Shown in pieces: positions 10,655 to 24,661 of a stretch of 49,902 bases of DNA. The position numbers and the translations under genes are program-made. Below the pieces are notes generated by a model. That model saw nothing but the letters and a program-made list of their open reading frames with translations. It was not told the origin of the DNA and made no database searches. This DNA comes from Octopus bimaculoides (lineage: Eukaryota): the NCBI RefSeq assembly GCF_001194135.2, contig NC_068986.1:46057251-46107152 (forward strand), written 5' to 3'. Numbering within the stretch: the stretch's first letter is position 1; every line of letters starts with the position of its first letter.

Positions 10655-10815
10655 TTTTACATCTACTCTCCATGCTGGCATGAGTTGAACAAGTCATCAT
10701 GATTTGAGTCACTCCTCATTAGGAACCACATCTCCTATAGACTGGTGCTCATATGTGTCATTCTACTTTGTTTCTATGATTGGGTGCATTTTCTTGTGGC
10801 ACCAACATGAAAGAG
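10655..10815 (-). mobile_element. Diverged copy of the RTE-tail family
   Basis: The reverse complement has gttggtgccacaagaaaatgcaccca and aactcatgccagcatggagagtagatg, matching the family body and tail. Confidence 0.55.
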
Positions 10816-13800
10816 GTTGAATAGTCTAGGAAAAGAAGTGAAGCATGATATGCTGGGAATAAAAAGAAGAAAAATTTTCTTAGGTTTTAAAAAAGATTAT
10901 TTTTCTTTGTCTGATAAAATATAGTTTCTTCCACAATATATATATATAACTGATAAAATAGCTTTCATTAATAAAATATATTTTGATATTAAATGACAGA
11001 TACCTTAGAAGTCACAGTAGAAAGAAAAGTTTAAAATGATGATTTACAGTATAGAAAGTTCAACTTCTTTGCACTTCTAGATATTTATTTTGAAGAAGCA
11101 AAATTATTCTCAAGAATTTACCAAAATTTCAATTATTTCTATTTATTGCCTAAGACATATCATATATTGTATGTAATAANNNNNNNNNNNNNNNNNNNNN
11201 NNNNNNNNNNNNNNNNNNNNNNNNNNNNNNNNNNNNNNNNNNNNNNNNNNNNNNNNNNNNNNNNNNNNNNNNNNNNNNNNNNNNNNNNNNNNNNNNNNNN
11301 NNNNNNNNNNNNNNNNNNNNNNNNNNNNNNNNNNNNNNNNNNNNNNNNNNNNNNNNNNNNNNNNNNNNNNNNNNNNNNNNNNNNNNNNNNNNNNNNNNNN
11401 NNNNNNNNNNNNNNNNNNNNNNNNNNNNNNNNNNNNNNNNNNNNNNNNNNNNNNNNNNNNNNNNNNNNNNNNNNNNNNNNNNNNNNNNNNNNNNNNNNNN
11501 NNNNNNNNNNNNNNNATATATATAAAATTTTATATTGTTTGAATTATTGAAATATTCCAATCTACACATTAAAAGTATGTGGCTGGGTTATATATCACGA
11601 ATAAAATATATAATGTTTTTCTAATAGAAATAAATTTTACTATTATAAAAGCTACCTATTATTTTAATAAATAATTTAATATAAGATGAAATCCATCAGA
11701 GCATGAAATATTGGTTAGAAAATTGTTACATCTCAAAATATTTTTCTGAATATCTCAAAATTCAAGAATTGAATTACAATTAACAACATAAATAATAAAT
11801 AAAGAAATTATCTAATCTAATATAGTATCCATAAGTTCTATGAAAGAGAAAAATATTAACTACACAGGATTTATATGTATAAAAACAAGAGGAAACTATA
11901 TATGCACACATTCACTCATGTATATTATTAAGCTACATAAAAATAACAACTAAAGTTATAAAATATCAAGTATTCTGTAAAATATTCATTAAACTCTTAT
12001 TTAGAAACCAAGAGATTTTAAGAATGAAAATCATTTTCAACTGGATGATTTGTAAGTGATTAACCAGGAACAGATCTGGATTGCAACAATATACAATATA
12101 TATATATATACATATGAGAAAGAAACAAAGAATAATATAGAACAGTGAGAAAGTATTGAATATCTGCATATTTTGCAGTAAGATATCAATATTTTAAGAA
12201 AAGTTGACAAATATACCAATAACAATGGTTGGAAAGAAAAAAGAGTAACTCCTTCATATTTGTTATAGCATAAAACAGACAAGAATAGAGATGCAAAGAT
12301 TGTGTAATTGTGGTCTTTTGCAAAACACTAAGTTTTATATTAGCAGAACAATCCATATCAAAGCAACAATGTATTGTTTTTTTCCTTCAAAGTCCCTGTA
12401 AATTCAAAGATTAGCTAGAAATCTCTGAAACATATTTACAGTCAATTATTTAGGAGATGACAATTTCAATTTTTTTCTCAGAATTACACAACTGTTTGCT
12501 TTTTCTTTTTATAACTGCAAATGTACAAAACAAGAAGAAAAGGAATGTCTATTTAGCAACATTGACAAAGGAACATTCATTTAAACCCAGATGACTGCAG
12601 AATAATTTGGAGGCAAACACCAAGTCTTATATGGTGTACATTTTCAGCTGAGATAATCCACATCAACTCATGATGTTACACAGAATAATTTTTATGGAAG
12701 AAGAAATAGACTAATAAATAAGTAAAGGAAATCTTCAAAACTGAAAGAAAAATGAATAGAGAAAAATGAGATTAGTTTTTACTAGTGTTTAAAAGAAATA
12801 AATGAGTAATCAAATTGGTAATAAAGAATGAAAAAGAAATGTGAATAGAAAGATAGACATTTGTCTAACTTGCAGAAAGCTGCAAACTATCAGAAATGAC
12901 AGAGCTATGAGTCACCAAATTCAAAGTAAAGAAATACAAAGTCCATTAAAGTTAGAGGCATAAATATTATAGGCCTCAGTGCAGAAAAACTGAAAAATCT
13001 ATCTAACATATAGGCACAGAGCAAGCATATGAAAAAGAACTAATTCCTCAGATTTATAGTCTTTTTTTTTTTCAATTAGATGGGCATGCTTTTAGAAATT
13101 TTCACTAGATATTTAAAATTATTAGACACATTAGAAATTATAATGGATTGTATACAATTCTGAAAGCCTCAGGAAGAAAGCCAGATACAAATTGGGAATT
13201 CAAAAGCTATTCAGTTGGTAACAGCAGATATGAAGGAATGAAACTTCAGTTGTATATGATCATTGAACATTACTCCACATTGCTAATTTAAACACTAACC
13301 AGTCAGATTACAAATATTCAAACACTGACTTTGAATTTTTTTTCAAAAACTGAATTATAATTTCATTTGACAATTATGACAGTATGCTTTAGCAATTTTA
13401 TACATTTTTATTGTAGAAAATAAAAAATATTAAAAAAATATTTTGACTTACTAAAAATTAAAAAATCAAATTCTAAAACTTCACAACTCCATAAATCAAT
13501 ATAGTTTATTAATAGGTTGTTGACATATAGTTTATCAATACCTAGTTTATGCATGCTTGATGTATTATTACAATTTTCACATGTAAATTTAAGTTTTTAT
13601 ACTGTTTGGTTTCAGTCTCTAAATATTTCTTGTAAAAATTATATCTACACATTTAGACTTTGATGGTTTTAGTATAACATTTTTGATACTATGTCACATA
13701 CATACCTGAAGCACTACCCTCAGAATTAAAAATTATCATTAAATTACATTTAAAGGCTGTGGTTGCAGCAAGTAAAGTTGTCTTTTGTAATATTAAGGAC

Positions 13801-14967
13801 TGGTTCAAGTCCATAAAAAAATAAAATAAAATAGAAGTAAGAAAAGAAACAAAAAGCCCTTGAGATTCTAAAAACTTATAGAGCATGCAAATGAAATGAA
13901 AACTATTGACAAGAAGAACCCATGCAACCTTTTCCATGAGATTATATACATATTCTACCTTACAAAACACAGTAAAAGTGTGAGGAAGCTATTTTACAAA
14001 TACTTTTGTTGTAATAAATCTCAGTAACTTGTGATGTTAGGGCAAAATATAAATACCGATAACATAGAGGATTTCCTATGAAATATTTTTAAAAGAGATC
14101 AAATAGTGAACATTTTTTAAAATTGTTTCCAAAGGAAAATTAACTTGGCTGAAAAAATATAACTAAGTATTGACTAAGAATTTAAAACTTTACCGTGGTC
14201 ATAAATTCAAACCATTAATGCCAATTATATCTGCCTTTTATAACTAAGAGAACTTGTGGTATAGTGATTTACATTTAAACAGATTTTTAACATATTTTAG
14301 CAGATTTTTTTTATGAAGTATTTTATTGAAATATTTCTTTAAAGGCACTACACTTATTACTAAAATAACTTTTATCAAGCTAGTTTGTATTTGCAAGATA
14401 ATTGCATTCAAAATGTGAATCTCCTTATTTCTTGTCTTAGCTCATAATTAGTACTTTCTAAGTTTATACTGATTTAGAGTAAAATCTGTCACTGTTTCAT
14501 AAAATTTTCAAGAAAATTTCTCTCATTCTTTCTTATGAAATGTTTATAATAATTGGGAACATTATTCTAAGACGAGCAAGTGATGCTTCTGATTCACAGT
14601 TATATCAACAACCTCAACATTTTAAAGTTTTCAAAATAAAAACCTAGCAAACCCCACAACAAATAAACTGAAAAAAAAAAATTATAAACATTTTCTGGCC
14701 TGGTTATCAATCATTTGATATAATTGATAATAGAAAACATACAGAATCATTTTCGTTGAGAAGTGGGCTGAGAATTTGAATAAAATATGAGTAAGAGGGA
14801 AAGATATTCAATACAACTTAGACAGAGATTTAATGTGTCACTGTGTATCTCAATAAACTATATCTATGCAAATTCAATGATTTTTTTTTGTGAATAATGT
14901 CAAAGACTAATGTAATGATATAAATGTATATAGCATAATGTAGCATGTACATACGTACACACACACA

Positions 14968-15001
<34 letters not shown>

Positions 15002-15428
15002 TACATACATACATACATACATACATACATACAGCTTGTCTAAAGTTTAAGGTTTCAAGACATTTGAAACTTTTCAAATGTTTAACTTGCCTTGAAGTCA
15101 AAAGCAATGAAATATTGTGCAACTTTAATCATAAACCATCTATGATTGATTTGGCAGCTTTTCTCAAAACTAGTTTCAAAAGAGTAATTTCTATACTGTA
15201 GAAAAATTTTTGCATCAAGTTCAAGTTGAAATAGACAATTTAACTTTTAAGGACATTTTTAATGTTAGATTGACAAAGAGATAGTTACACTTTACACAGA
15301 CCAGGAAGGTAACAAGGAAATTAAATTAAGAATATGAGCTGTAAGGAAGGAGCCACAAACAGAGATTTTAAAAGTGTTACTAAAAGAAACCAAAAATGCT
15401 CTGCATTAGATGGTGTTGGAAATTATCT

Positions 15429-15459
<31 letters not shown>

Positions 15460-17639
15460 TCTTAAAAAACTTATTCAAAAGTTTTTATTGAAAAAAATAT
15501 TAAATGTGAATTAGTTCACAACAAAATAGCATATTTAATCTTAATCATAGTTCATAATAATTTATCACATAAGGTGAAAATATAAATTGAAGAACAAAAA
15601 GTTACACCAGATCTAATGAATGAGCTCAATAGTTCTCACACTATCAGCTTGGCATCTTAATATTATAACACACAATCCTTATTCATTAGAAACTGTGACA
15701 AAATAGGCTTTAGAAAATATAATCAAAATATCTTAATGAGTTCAGTGAAATTAATTTGCATGCATATATGTATATATGCATGTGTGTCTGCATGTGCATG
15801 TATATATAAAAGCATGTATATCTATATACAATATATATAAACACACCCACACACATACATGTATGCACACACACATATATGCATGCAAACACACACATAC
15901 GTATGCACACTCACACACACACACACCTACAAATATGCATACATACAGCTTCATGCAGAGACTCATATAAATAATATTAATATTTGTGCATGTGTTCACA
16001 CACTTATACTCCCTCATACACACATACATGTGAATATAAATTACGCATATTAATAAATAAAGACTTTTCAAAGAACATGTCTATTAAATATGAAAGACTA
16101 GAAATGGGAAGGAATAAACAAAAACGAAATAGCTACTGCTGCCAGGTGGTAATTAGATCCACCCCCTCCCTGAAATGAAATGTATTACTACTTTCCAGTT
16201 TTATTCACTAGTGTTCAGTCTCCTTTCTAAGTTTATGATCTATGCACAGTCACAAAGAGATTCCATATATATTTCCATACAGTATTAACTTTCATTGAAC
16301 AAAAGCAAGAGATATCACCTCGTTAACACAACTTCTATCCCCACCCCTCGATATAATTATATCTGAATAGAGATCAATCCCCTGCCAATTTTGTGAGATA
16401 ATTGTAAACAAATATTGTATGATATATTAACTAATGAGATTTTGGTGAATGAGATTTCTATAGAATATGTGTCCATATAAACAAATAGGAAATATGAAGT
16501 TATGTTTGACATATGCAATGGTAACCTATATTCAGTCTAAAGTGATGTAATAAAATGTATTTGGTTGCACACTAATACACTAATATAATCATAAATGAAA
16601 TAATAAAATGCATAGTACCCAAATTTGAGATGCTGGTTCAATACCCATTTGACTTCAGCAGCTAATTTTTGTTTTTTAATTGTTGCTAAATTATATATAT
16701 TTTTATTGTATGTATGCAAGTACATATCACATGTCCCCAGTGCTCAAGTATGGTGTTAGCTGTAATGTTTAAATGAACTTAAAGCCTATAGCTATATGTG
16801 CATTAGAAGGTAACACAGAAATTGAAGAGATGTATACTATTTGAAGTTTTTTTATGATCAGACTTTTTATCAATAATGTTTTGTGAATATAACTAGAACT
16901 GATCAAGCCAAAGAATTAGATTTAATTTCCTGATTAGTCAAGAAAAGGTCAATTTTTTTTCTGTAAGTCTCAGCAAAACATGAACAAAGAGTATTTTAGC
17001 TAAAATTGAAAAATAAGAAACTTTTAAAGAAAATATCTATAATACATGAACGGTTTTAGTTTTAAAAAAATTTATTTTTAATATTTACAAATCAAATATT
17101 GAAAGGATGAAAGATGTGCTCCTTGCCATGATGATATATTAAAAACAACTTTATTTTGTAGAAATTCCAAGACAATATATATGAAGGAATAGTATATGTA
17201 TGCAGCTATTTCGATCTAGAGAGATGGTGAAAGATGAAGCAATATGATATATTCACATGTAAGCAACAATTTCTTCTTTAGTTCCATTATTTTCAATGCT
17301 AAAGCTTTCCTTACCTATGTATTTTTATAACTATTATTATCACCATTGTTAAAAGTACTTATTGTTTAAACTAAGGTCAGCCCTGGCTGAGTAAACAAAG
17401 GCAAATGCCTATAACATACTTCTCTCATTTTTTGAGCATTTTGTATCTAGAGCTACATTATTTATTGCATCCTTCTTTGTTTGAAATTGTAGGGTGTAAT
17501 TTGAAGATCTGACAGCTGTTTTTAAAAATTCCAAGGACCATATTGAAGAGCTTTAACTAGCTTGTCAATACTAAATTACATTCTAAATAGACAATATACA
17601 ATGCTTTCGTTTTGGCTCAAACTTCTTATGGGCACCAAG

Positions 17640-17790
17640 TATCTACAATTTGTAAAAGATACTTTTGTATTATAGACAAATTTGTCTTATTAATGGATCA
17701 CAAAAGCCTTCCCAATCTGATTAGCTGTAAAGACCTACATATGAGAATGAAGGGAAGATATGACATGGTATGTCAGTGGACATATGTATG
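17640..17790 (+). mobile_element. Possible Ty3/gypsy RNase H remnant
   Basis: The frame KRYFCIIDKFVLLMDHKSLPNL resembles the gypsy RNase H motif (R/K)FxLxTDHKPL. No other pol motifs are nearby. Confidence 0.3.
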
Positions 17791-20494
17791 GTTTTCAAAT
17801 TCATAGCTGAAATCTATTTCTAATCCGCCTTATTGCTAATAATCCCATGTATATTTAAGAATTCTTACAAAAACTGCACGTAATTAAATTTTCTCATTGT
17901 TAAAGGTGTAATGAAGCCAAAGTGTATTTGTTTGTTTTACAGAAAGTTATTTCATCTGAAGCAAGCTCAATGAAAATATAACATCTATGGGGCAAGCTCA
18001 ATGAAAATATCTATGGTTCCAAGTTTTTATCCAATTTATTATCACACAATGCTTCACCTAAACTATGCTGTTTAAAAAATTATAAAACCATTTTACTTAA
18101 TCCTGCTTGTATCATATTTAGTTTTCAAGAAATAAGAATGTAGACCTAGTATTTGCAGTTGGATGCTTTTCTTTAACTCATTTAAGCCTGTTTACTGTAA
18201 TATTTGCCTTTTTACAAATGTTAATGTACGGGATTGATATAACCTGTCTGAAGACAAGGTAAATTAATCTTCAAATATAATTCAACCCAATTTAAAAGAA
18301 AAGTTGTATCTAAAACTTTGGACAGAAGTAGCAACTATGAGTAATTTCTTATTAAAAATATCATATATGATGATATAGCCATTGTTGGATTAGGTTTTCA
18401 TACATTCTTGGCAATAGTTCTGGTACAAATGAATTACCTTTTTAATGACATGGAGATCAAATAAAATTCTTGCAAATTTTTCTATCTGTTGCTTTGTGAA
18501 AGTTGTTTTGCTTGAACCAAAACTGTTCTTGCAGGAATTTTGATCTAATGATTTTTGCTTTAGCCAATCAGAAACTTATATTCCCTTAGACCAACAAACT
18601 GAGCACTGGCCATTTATGTACCAAACCAAAAATGATGTGCAATGTTTCTATATAGACCATATATTCACAAACGCTCAAATTCAATAGATATGAACTTGAC
18701 TTTTTCTTCAGATTACAGGAATGCTAGAGGAGAAATATGAAGGAAAGCAGAGTTTCAGGGGATGATTGCATAGATATGGTAATATTTGATTCCTTATTAA
18801 AGATATAGATTTTGGTTAAAAGAAATTTTGAGTAAACCAGAATATAGGAATGGGAAGATGATAGCATAAAAGACAAAATTTCTTTGCATTATAATACTTC
18901 TCAGATAAGGAAATGATAGGTGATAATTATTGAATTACAAAGATGCTTTCAACAGCACATTTCTAAAAAGTAATATATAATCTTTAATATATTTTATATC
19001 TATAGAACAATTATTATTAAAAAAGAGAGGGAATACAACTTAATACTATAAAAATTACTTGAAGGAATCAACAGTAGGGAAAATACTTGTGTTACTTAGG
19101 AAAGGCTTGAGACAGTGATATTTCTGGTTTGATCAGTTAAACAACTGCATGGTTAAATTGATAAGTTTGTAAATCACTGTAAAGTATGAAGCATAGGTGA
19201 AAAAACAGAAATTCATTCACACAAACAAACACATACAAACACACACACATATACACACAGATAGGTGATCTCTAAAATTGAACACAAGAGAACCAGTAAG
19301 GGTTTTAAAATCTACCAAGAGGTGAATTTAGAAAAGTATTCAGTTATTTCATGTTATTGTTTCTATTGAAGAGTTATGAAAGGGATATATTGAAATGTTT
19401 GATAGTATTAAAGTACTTTTTTAGAAATAGTTCATCATATTAATAGTAACTACAACAAGATTTTTCAATAGTTTCATTAAGAATAAATAAACAAAATTTA
19501 CAATAACTTAAAAGAAAATTAACAACTTTACAACATGTTCCAGTGATCTAGATATAAAACGCTAATTTTTAAAATGGACAATCTGTAAATATTGAAGGTA
19601 ATATTTACAGACTTTGATGCAGACCGATATTCAGAGAGAAAGTTTTCAATAGTTAGAACACAGATATTAAGTATAATATCTGTTAAGGCAGACATTTAAA
19701 GCAGGATATTTTTTATCTCATAATTGAGAACACTATAGACACAGCAAATAGGGTGATGACCACTTTCATACTGTATACAAGACATTTGAGGAACATTTTT
19801 ATGTCTTCCTATTCATTAACAATAATTTTCATGGAAAATAGATTGATTTCAGGTTAACAGTACAATAACATTAGATAACATAATCATTTCTTTTCAACAT
19901 TGCCGAGAGAAGACTGGGAGACATGGGAATAGTATTATTAAGCTGAGTTTACATTAGAAAGAGATAAAGAAAAAGATTTTTTAAAGAAATTTTACATTTA
20001 AAATGTTAAAATCTAATGTTAGGAAAAAGTTAAAAGAGAAGGTAACTGAAAATAACAACTGTTTCAACCAAATTCTTTTGAATATTTCTTTAAATAGTTG
20101 ATAAAGATTTTCTGACTTCTCTATTTACCAAAACATGACATGTTCAATTGAAGTTAAAGTCACTACTAGTTTTGGATTCCTTTATGTTTCTTGTTTTCTT
20201 TTATTTTTTGAAAATGTTAGTTGTTCTAGAAAGATCACACCGAAAAAGCTTCATAAAACCTACAACTGAAACTCCTCCCACTTTGTCACAGTCACTACTG
20301 CCATCACCAACATCAACAGCATCATCATCATCATCATCATCATCATCAACATTATTATTGTCATCATCAATTACAGTTTAATGTTATTTATACTATTCAG
20401 GGAAAACTTGTAGTGGTCTAAGCAATAATATCAATATGCCTCATCAGTGTATCATCTCATCATGTCTACAGATCAAATTTTGTCTTACGTGAGT

Positions 20495-21038
20495 ATGTGT
20501 GTATGTATGGGGGAATTTTGAGGGGTTGTGGCACTTTGAGCTTGTCCCAGATAATCATGCTGTGAATGCTAACCTTTATGTTCAACAACTGCAGTGAGTA
20601 TATAATGCTTTGAAAGCCCACTACTCTGCAATGACCAATCAGATGCACACTTCTACAGCATGACAATGCCCCAGCACACACTGCTAATGTGACCAAGTGC
20701 AAACTTGAGGAGCTTGAAGGGAGTGGAAGTGCTACTCATCCAGCCTAAAGTCCAGACCTTGCGCCATCAGATTATTACCTTTTCTGAGCAATGGCCCATT
20801 TCTTGCATTGATGGAGGTTCAACAATGTGGATGAGGTTGAAAGCAGATGCAGGAACTATTTTGCCTCTAAATCAGTTAAATGGTATGAACATGAAATTGA
20901 GCTTCTGGAGCAATGGTGGTAAAGACAATAGAATATAATGGGATATATTTTGGTGAATAAGCACATTTCATATGTAATTTAACTGAATTATTAATTAAAA
21001 CTTGAAATACAGAAAAACTTTTGACTTAATCTGCTATA
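20495..21038 (+). mobile_element. Mariner (Tc1/mariner) transposon remnant: catalytic C-terminus and probable right end
   Basis: Translation LLQHDNAPAHTANVTKCKLEELE...HPA*SPDLAPSDYYLF*AMAHFLH*WRFNNVDEVESRCRNYFASKSVKWY contains the HDNA and YSPDLAPSDY mariner motifs with several stops. A TIR-like end aaaaacttttgacttaatctgcTA lies near 21014-21038 (tentative). Confidence 0.92.
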
Positions 21039-21127
21039 AAGGAAGGTTCTTACACCTGTTTCAGAAAAATAATGATAAATATATTTACAATATTAAAATG
21101 AATGTAATTTCTCAAACAGTATCAGAA

Positions 21128-21265
21128 GAGACTGTGTGGTTTAGAAGGTTACTGCACAACATAATTCAAGATAAATCTCACTGTGAAGCAACTTGGGCAA
21201 GTGTCTTCTACAATAGTTTTGGGATGACCAATACTTTGTTAGCAAAATTTGGTAAACGAAAGTGA
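21128..21265 (+). mobile_element. Diverged CORE-like SINE, 5' part
   Basis: ctgtgtggt head and aacttgggcaagtgtcttctacaatag core. Confidence 0.65.
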
Positions 21266-21577
21266 GCATTTTGTATACAAACATATCTATACATACTTAC
21301 ATACATACACATATATGTATGTGCATGTCTGTATGTATTAAGAGCACAACTTCCATTTACTGAATTATATAAATAAATATGTATATATGTATGTATAAGG
21401 TGTACAGTTTCCATTTGCTAAATTATGTGTGTGTGTGTGTGTGTGTGTGTGCGTGCTATATCAAAGCTGATAGTCAACTCTGAGTTTCACTCTTAGCTGG
21501 GCTGTTTATGACAGTTGTGAACAGCTCTGCTAATGGTACGACTCAGAGTAGACAGTCAGTTTTGTTATAATATACAT

Positions 21578-21975
21578 AAGCACAGGTATGGCTGTGTAGT
21601 AAGAAGCTTGCTTTCCAATAACATGGTTTCGGGTTCAGTCCCACTGTATGGCATCTTGGGCAAGTGTCTTCTGCTATAACTTCAGGCCAACCAAAGCCTT
21701 GTGAGTGGATATGGTAGATGGAAACTGAAAGAAACTGGTGGTATATATATATATATTTATGTGTGTCTGTATCCGTACCTGTCCTCCCCACCATCACTTG
21801 ACAACTAATGTTGGTGTGTTTACATCCTGTAACTTAGTGGTTTGGCAAAAGAGACTGATACAATAAGTACTAGGCTTACAAAGAATAAGTCCTGGGTCGA
21901 TTTCTTCAACTAAAATTCTTTAAGGCAGTGCTCCAGCATGGCTGCAGTCAAATGACTGAAACATGTAAAAGAATA
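21578..21975 (+). mobile_element. Full-length CORE-like tRNA SINE with internal microsatellite
   Basis: A-box-like tggctgtgtagt, B-box-like gggttcagtccc (21631-21642), and atcttgggcaagtgtctt resembling the CORE motif ACCTTGGGCAAGT. Internal (TA)/(TG) tract; 3' module ends gcagtcaaatgactgaaacatgtaaaagaata. Confidence 0.85.
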
Positions 21976-23003
21976 TATCTATTCCCATCACCCAGCCTAT
22001 TGAGTTCTAAACCAGATATTGTTTGCACTATTTAAAATATACTGATATATTCTGATATACATGTGTGTGTGTGCATGTTTGTGAAGGATATCTAACAAAA
22101 ATACTTATTATTCTGCCCAAGTTACATCCCTTTCCTTCAGTGTTGGACTTAGACATACTGTCCTTATGAAATCTATTAAGTATTTCTGAGAGTAAGAACT
22201 GGAACTGATGTAATCAACTAAAATCTCTAAAGTTAAAGCCCCAGAACGGCTGTAGTTTAAAGACTAACCTCAGTAGAAGCAAAAATAACAGTTATTTCTG
22301 CCAACAAGAAACTTAATAAAAGACATTGCCTTAAACACCTCTTCATAACCCCACAATAAAATTCCCCCTTTTCAATCTGAAGAAGTAATGGTGCCTATAC
22401 AACAATGTACATTCAAGCAAGAAGGGTTATTTCCCAAACTTATAGTCTGGTATATGATTAATTGGGAAAATGGTTATTATTCAAGCCAGCAACTGTTTAG
22501 AAAATAAACTCTATTCTTCAATAAAATTGTTCAAATATTAGTCATGCAATATCATGTAAAACACTTGTAAACTTGACTAAAACTTCACTGGAATATTATA
22601 TGCATCACTCATATATTTATCATGTGTTTATATCTATACAACAATCTGATTAACTTATACATTTATATAGCCAGAAATACCAGAAAGTTCATGTTTTTGT
22701 TGTATGTATGTGTATGTATGTTTTGCTGTACATATGTGTGTGTGTATCTCTCTCTATCTTTCTTTCTCTCTCTCTTTCTATATGTATGTATGTCTTATAT
22801 GTGTGTGAATATATATAAATATATATGCATTTATATTTTATATGTATTTGGATATATATATTTATATATATGAATACCAGAGCAAGCACATAAATGTGAA
22901 ACAAGATAGAAAAAAGTATTATTTGAATACTGGAGGTAGAGTGATATGCTTTATTAATAAAGCTGCAATGACATCACACAAACTGTTATTCAGAGTAAAA
23001 CTG

Positions 23004-23380
23004 TCGAGCGTGTTCATTGCCAGAGTAGCTGTCTGGCTTCCGTGCTAGTAGCCTGTAAATAGCACCATTTGAGCATAATCGTTACCAACATTGCTTTCTA
23101 GCATTTGTGCTGGTGGCATGTTAGAAAATCATTCGAGTGACGTTGTTGCCAGTGCCACTGGACTGGCTCCCATGCAGGTGGCACGTAAAAGCACCCAGTA
23201 CACTCTAAGAGTGGTTGGCGTTAGGAACGGAATCCAGCTGTAGAAACTCTGTCAGATCAGATTGGAGCCTGGTGCAGCCTTCAGGCTTGTCAGTCCTCTG
23301 TCAAATCGTCCAACCCATGCTAGCATGGAAAGCGGACGTTAAACGATGATGATGATAATGATGATGATGATGATGATGAT
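23004..23380 (+). mobile_element. (GAT)n-tailed retroposon, copy 3
   Basis: Homologous to 664-1064, with internal subrepeats, palindrome at 23315-23328 and (GAT)n to 23380. Confidence 0.85.
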
Positions 23381-23560
23381 ATAGGGAGAATTCACAAAAC
23401 AAAATAAAAAAGACAAAGACAGGTGGTGTAGACAACAAAGAGATGTATTAGTTTAATGCTCAGGAAGGGAAAAAGTCTTTAATGTTTCGAGCCTTTGCTC
23501 TTCCACAGAAAGGAACACAGAAAGAAACAAAGAGAGAAAATAAAGAATGTGTAGTGGCTA
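23381..23560 (-). mobile_element. Penelope-like element pseudo-LTR fragment with hammerhead-like motif
   Basis: Minus strand 23512-23477 reads CTTT-CTGTGGA-A-GAGC-AAAG-GCTC-GAAA-CAT-T-AAAG. This is the CTGANGA-A-stem-GAAAC layout known from Penelope-associated minimal hammerheads, with a mutated core. Element boundaries are approximate. Confidence 0.6.
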
Positions 23561-24661
23561 GCGATCTATATATATATATATATGCTTATATCTATGTGAT
23601 GTTTAAACTTTAAGACATTTAGTGACTTCAGGTTTCTATTGATATACTTGTATTCAATATAGGCCTCTCTACTGTGAAGTGTTGTAGGTTTTTTCCAGGT
23701 TGACATAGATGAAGAGAAAATTTTGCTTGATGCAATGATTTATCAGCAATTTGTAGCTGATATGGACATCCTTTGCCAGTTTTACATTATGTAAGATGGT
23801 AAAGTTTTGAGATTTAAAGATTATTTTGATTTTTATTAGTTCCTATTGTCCAAACAACCCAGCTTGTATATTTTATAAATGATCGATATAATGTTTAACT
23901 TTTTGTTATAACTTCATTGATAAGTAATAACCACTAAGGTTGGAATTATCCACAGTGGATTACATCTTATGCATCTTTCCAGCAATTATGTGTGTGTGTG
24001 TAAATACACAAGTGTTTTCAATATTTTTCTTTTCTTTTTCTCTTTATATTTTCCTCGGTAGTTTTTTTTCCTTTTTGCATCTTAATCACTAACATTATTC
24101 TAAAAATCAGATCTTGATTTCAAAATGAGTCCATAAATGTATTCCAACTACCAGTTAGGCTTCACGCAAATTACAGTCAGTCAAAGGTTGGAATATGCAC
24201 TGTTTTATGTTGTTTCTTTGGTTTCTCTATATTCAAATGAAGCCTTGCCGATATAACTGCCTATCAAAGTAAGTAATACAAATATCAAGAAGAAGCAACA
24301 CACAATGAACATATCAGCTTCACGAATAGATCCAGTTTATGTATGAATTATATCATAGCTTTTATATAGGCAAACTGTCAACATTAGGAAACAGTTGCAA
24401 GTGTGGTTACATGTAAATATCTCCAAAGAAGTATACACACATAACATTCCATTTCAGCAAATCCATATAATCGAAATATTTCTGCAAGTTTATTAACAGA
24501 ATGAAAAATGCCTACTTGGTACATTAAATAGGAATATATATGATCACATTAAGCATTTGTAAATTTCATAATTTTTGAAGCTGTGAATTACCATAAAATA
24601 TAGCTTTCATGTTCAATGAAAACGTCAAAAAAATCCAATATTAAATATATGTGGAAAACAG

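Noticed and set aside
16358-16371. 14-bp palindrome gatataattatatc
   Set aside because: It is almost purely A/T and unremarkable in this composition.
10032-18016. Small local duplications (15 bp x2 at 10032-10061; ~25-30 bp x2 at 17961-18016)
   Set aside because: These are ordinary slippage duplications with no further structure.
18562-18572. Perfect NF-Y-type CCAAT box (agccaatcaga)
   Set aside because: It is an isolated short motif with no promoter context, expected by chance in 50 kb.
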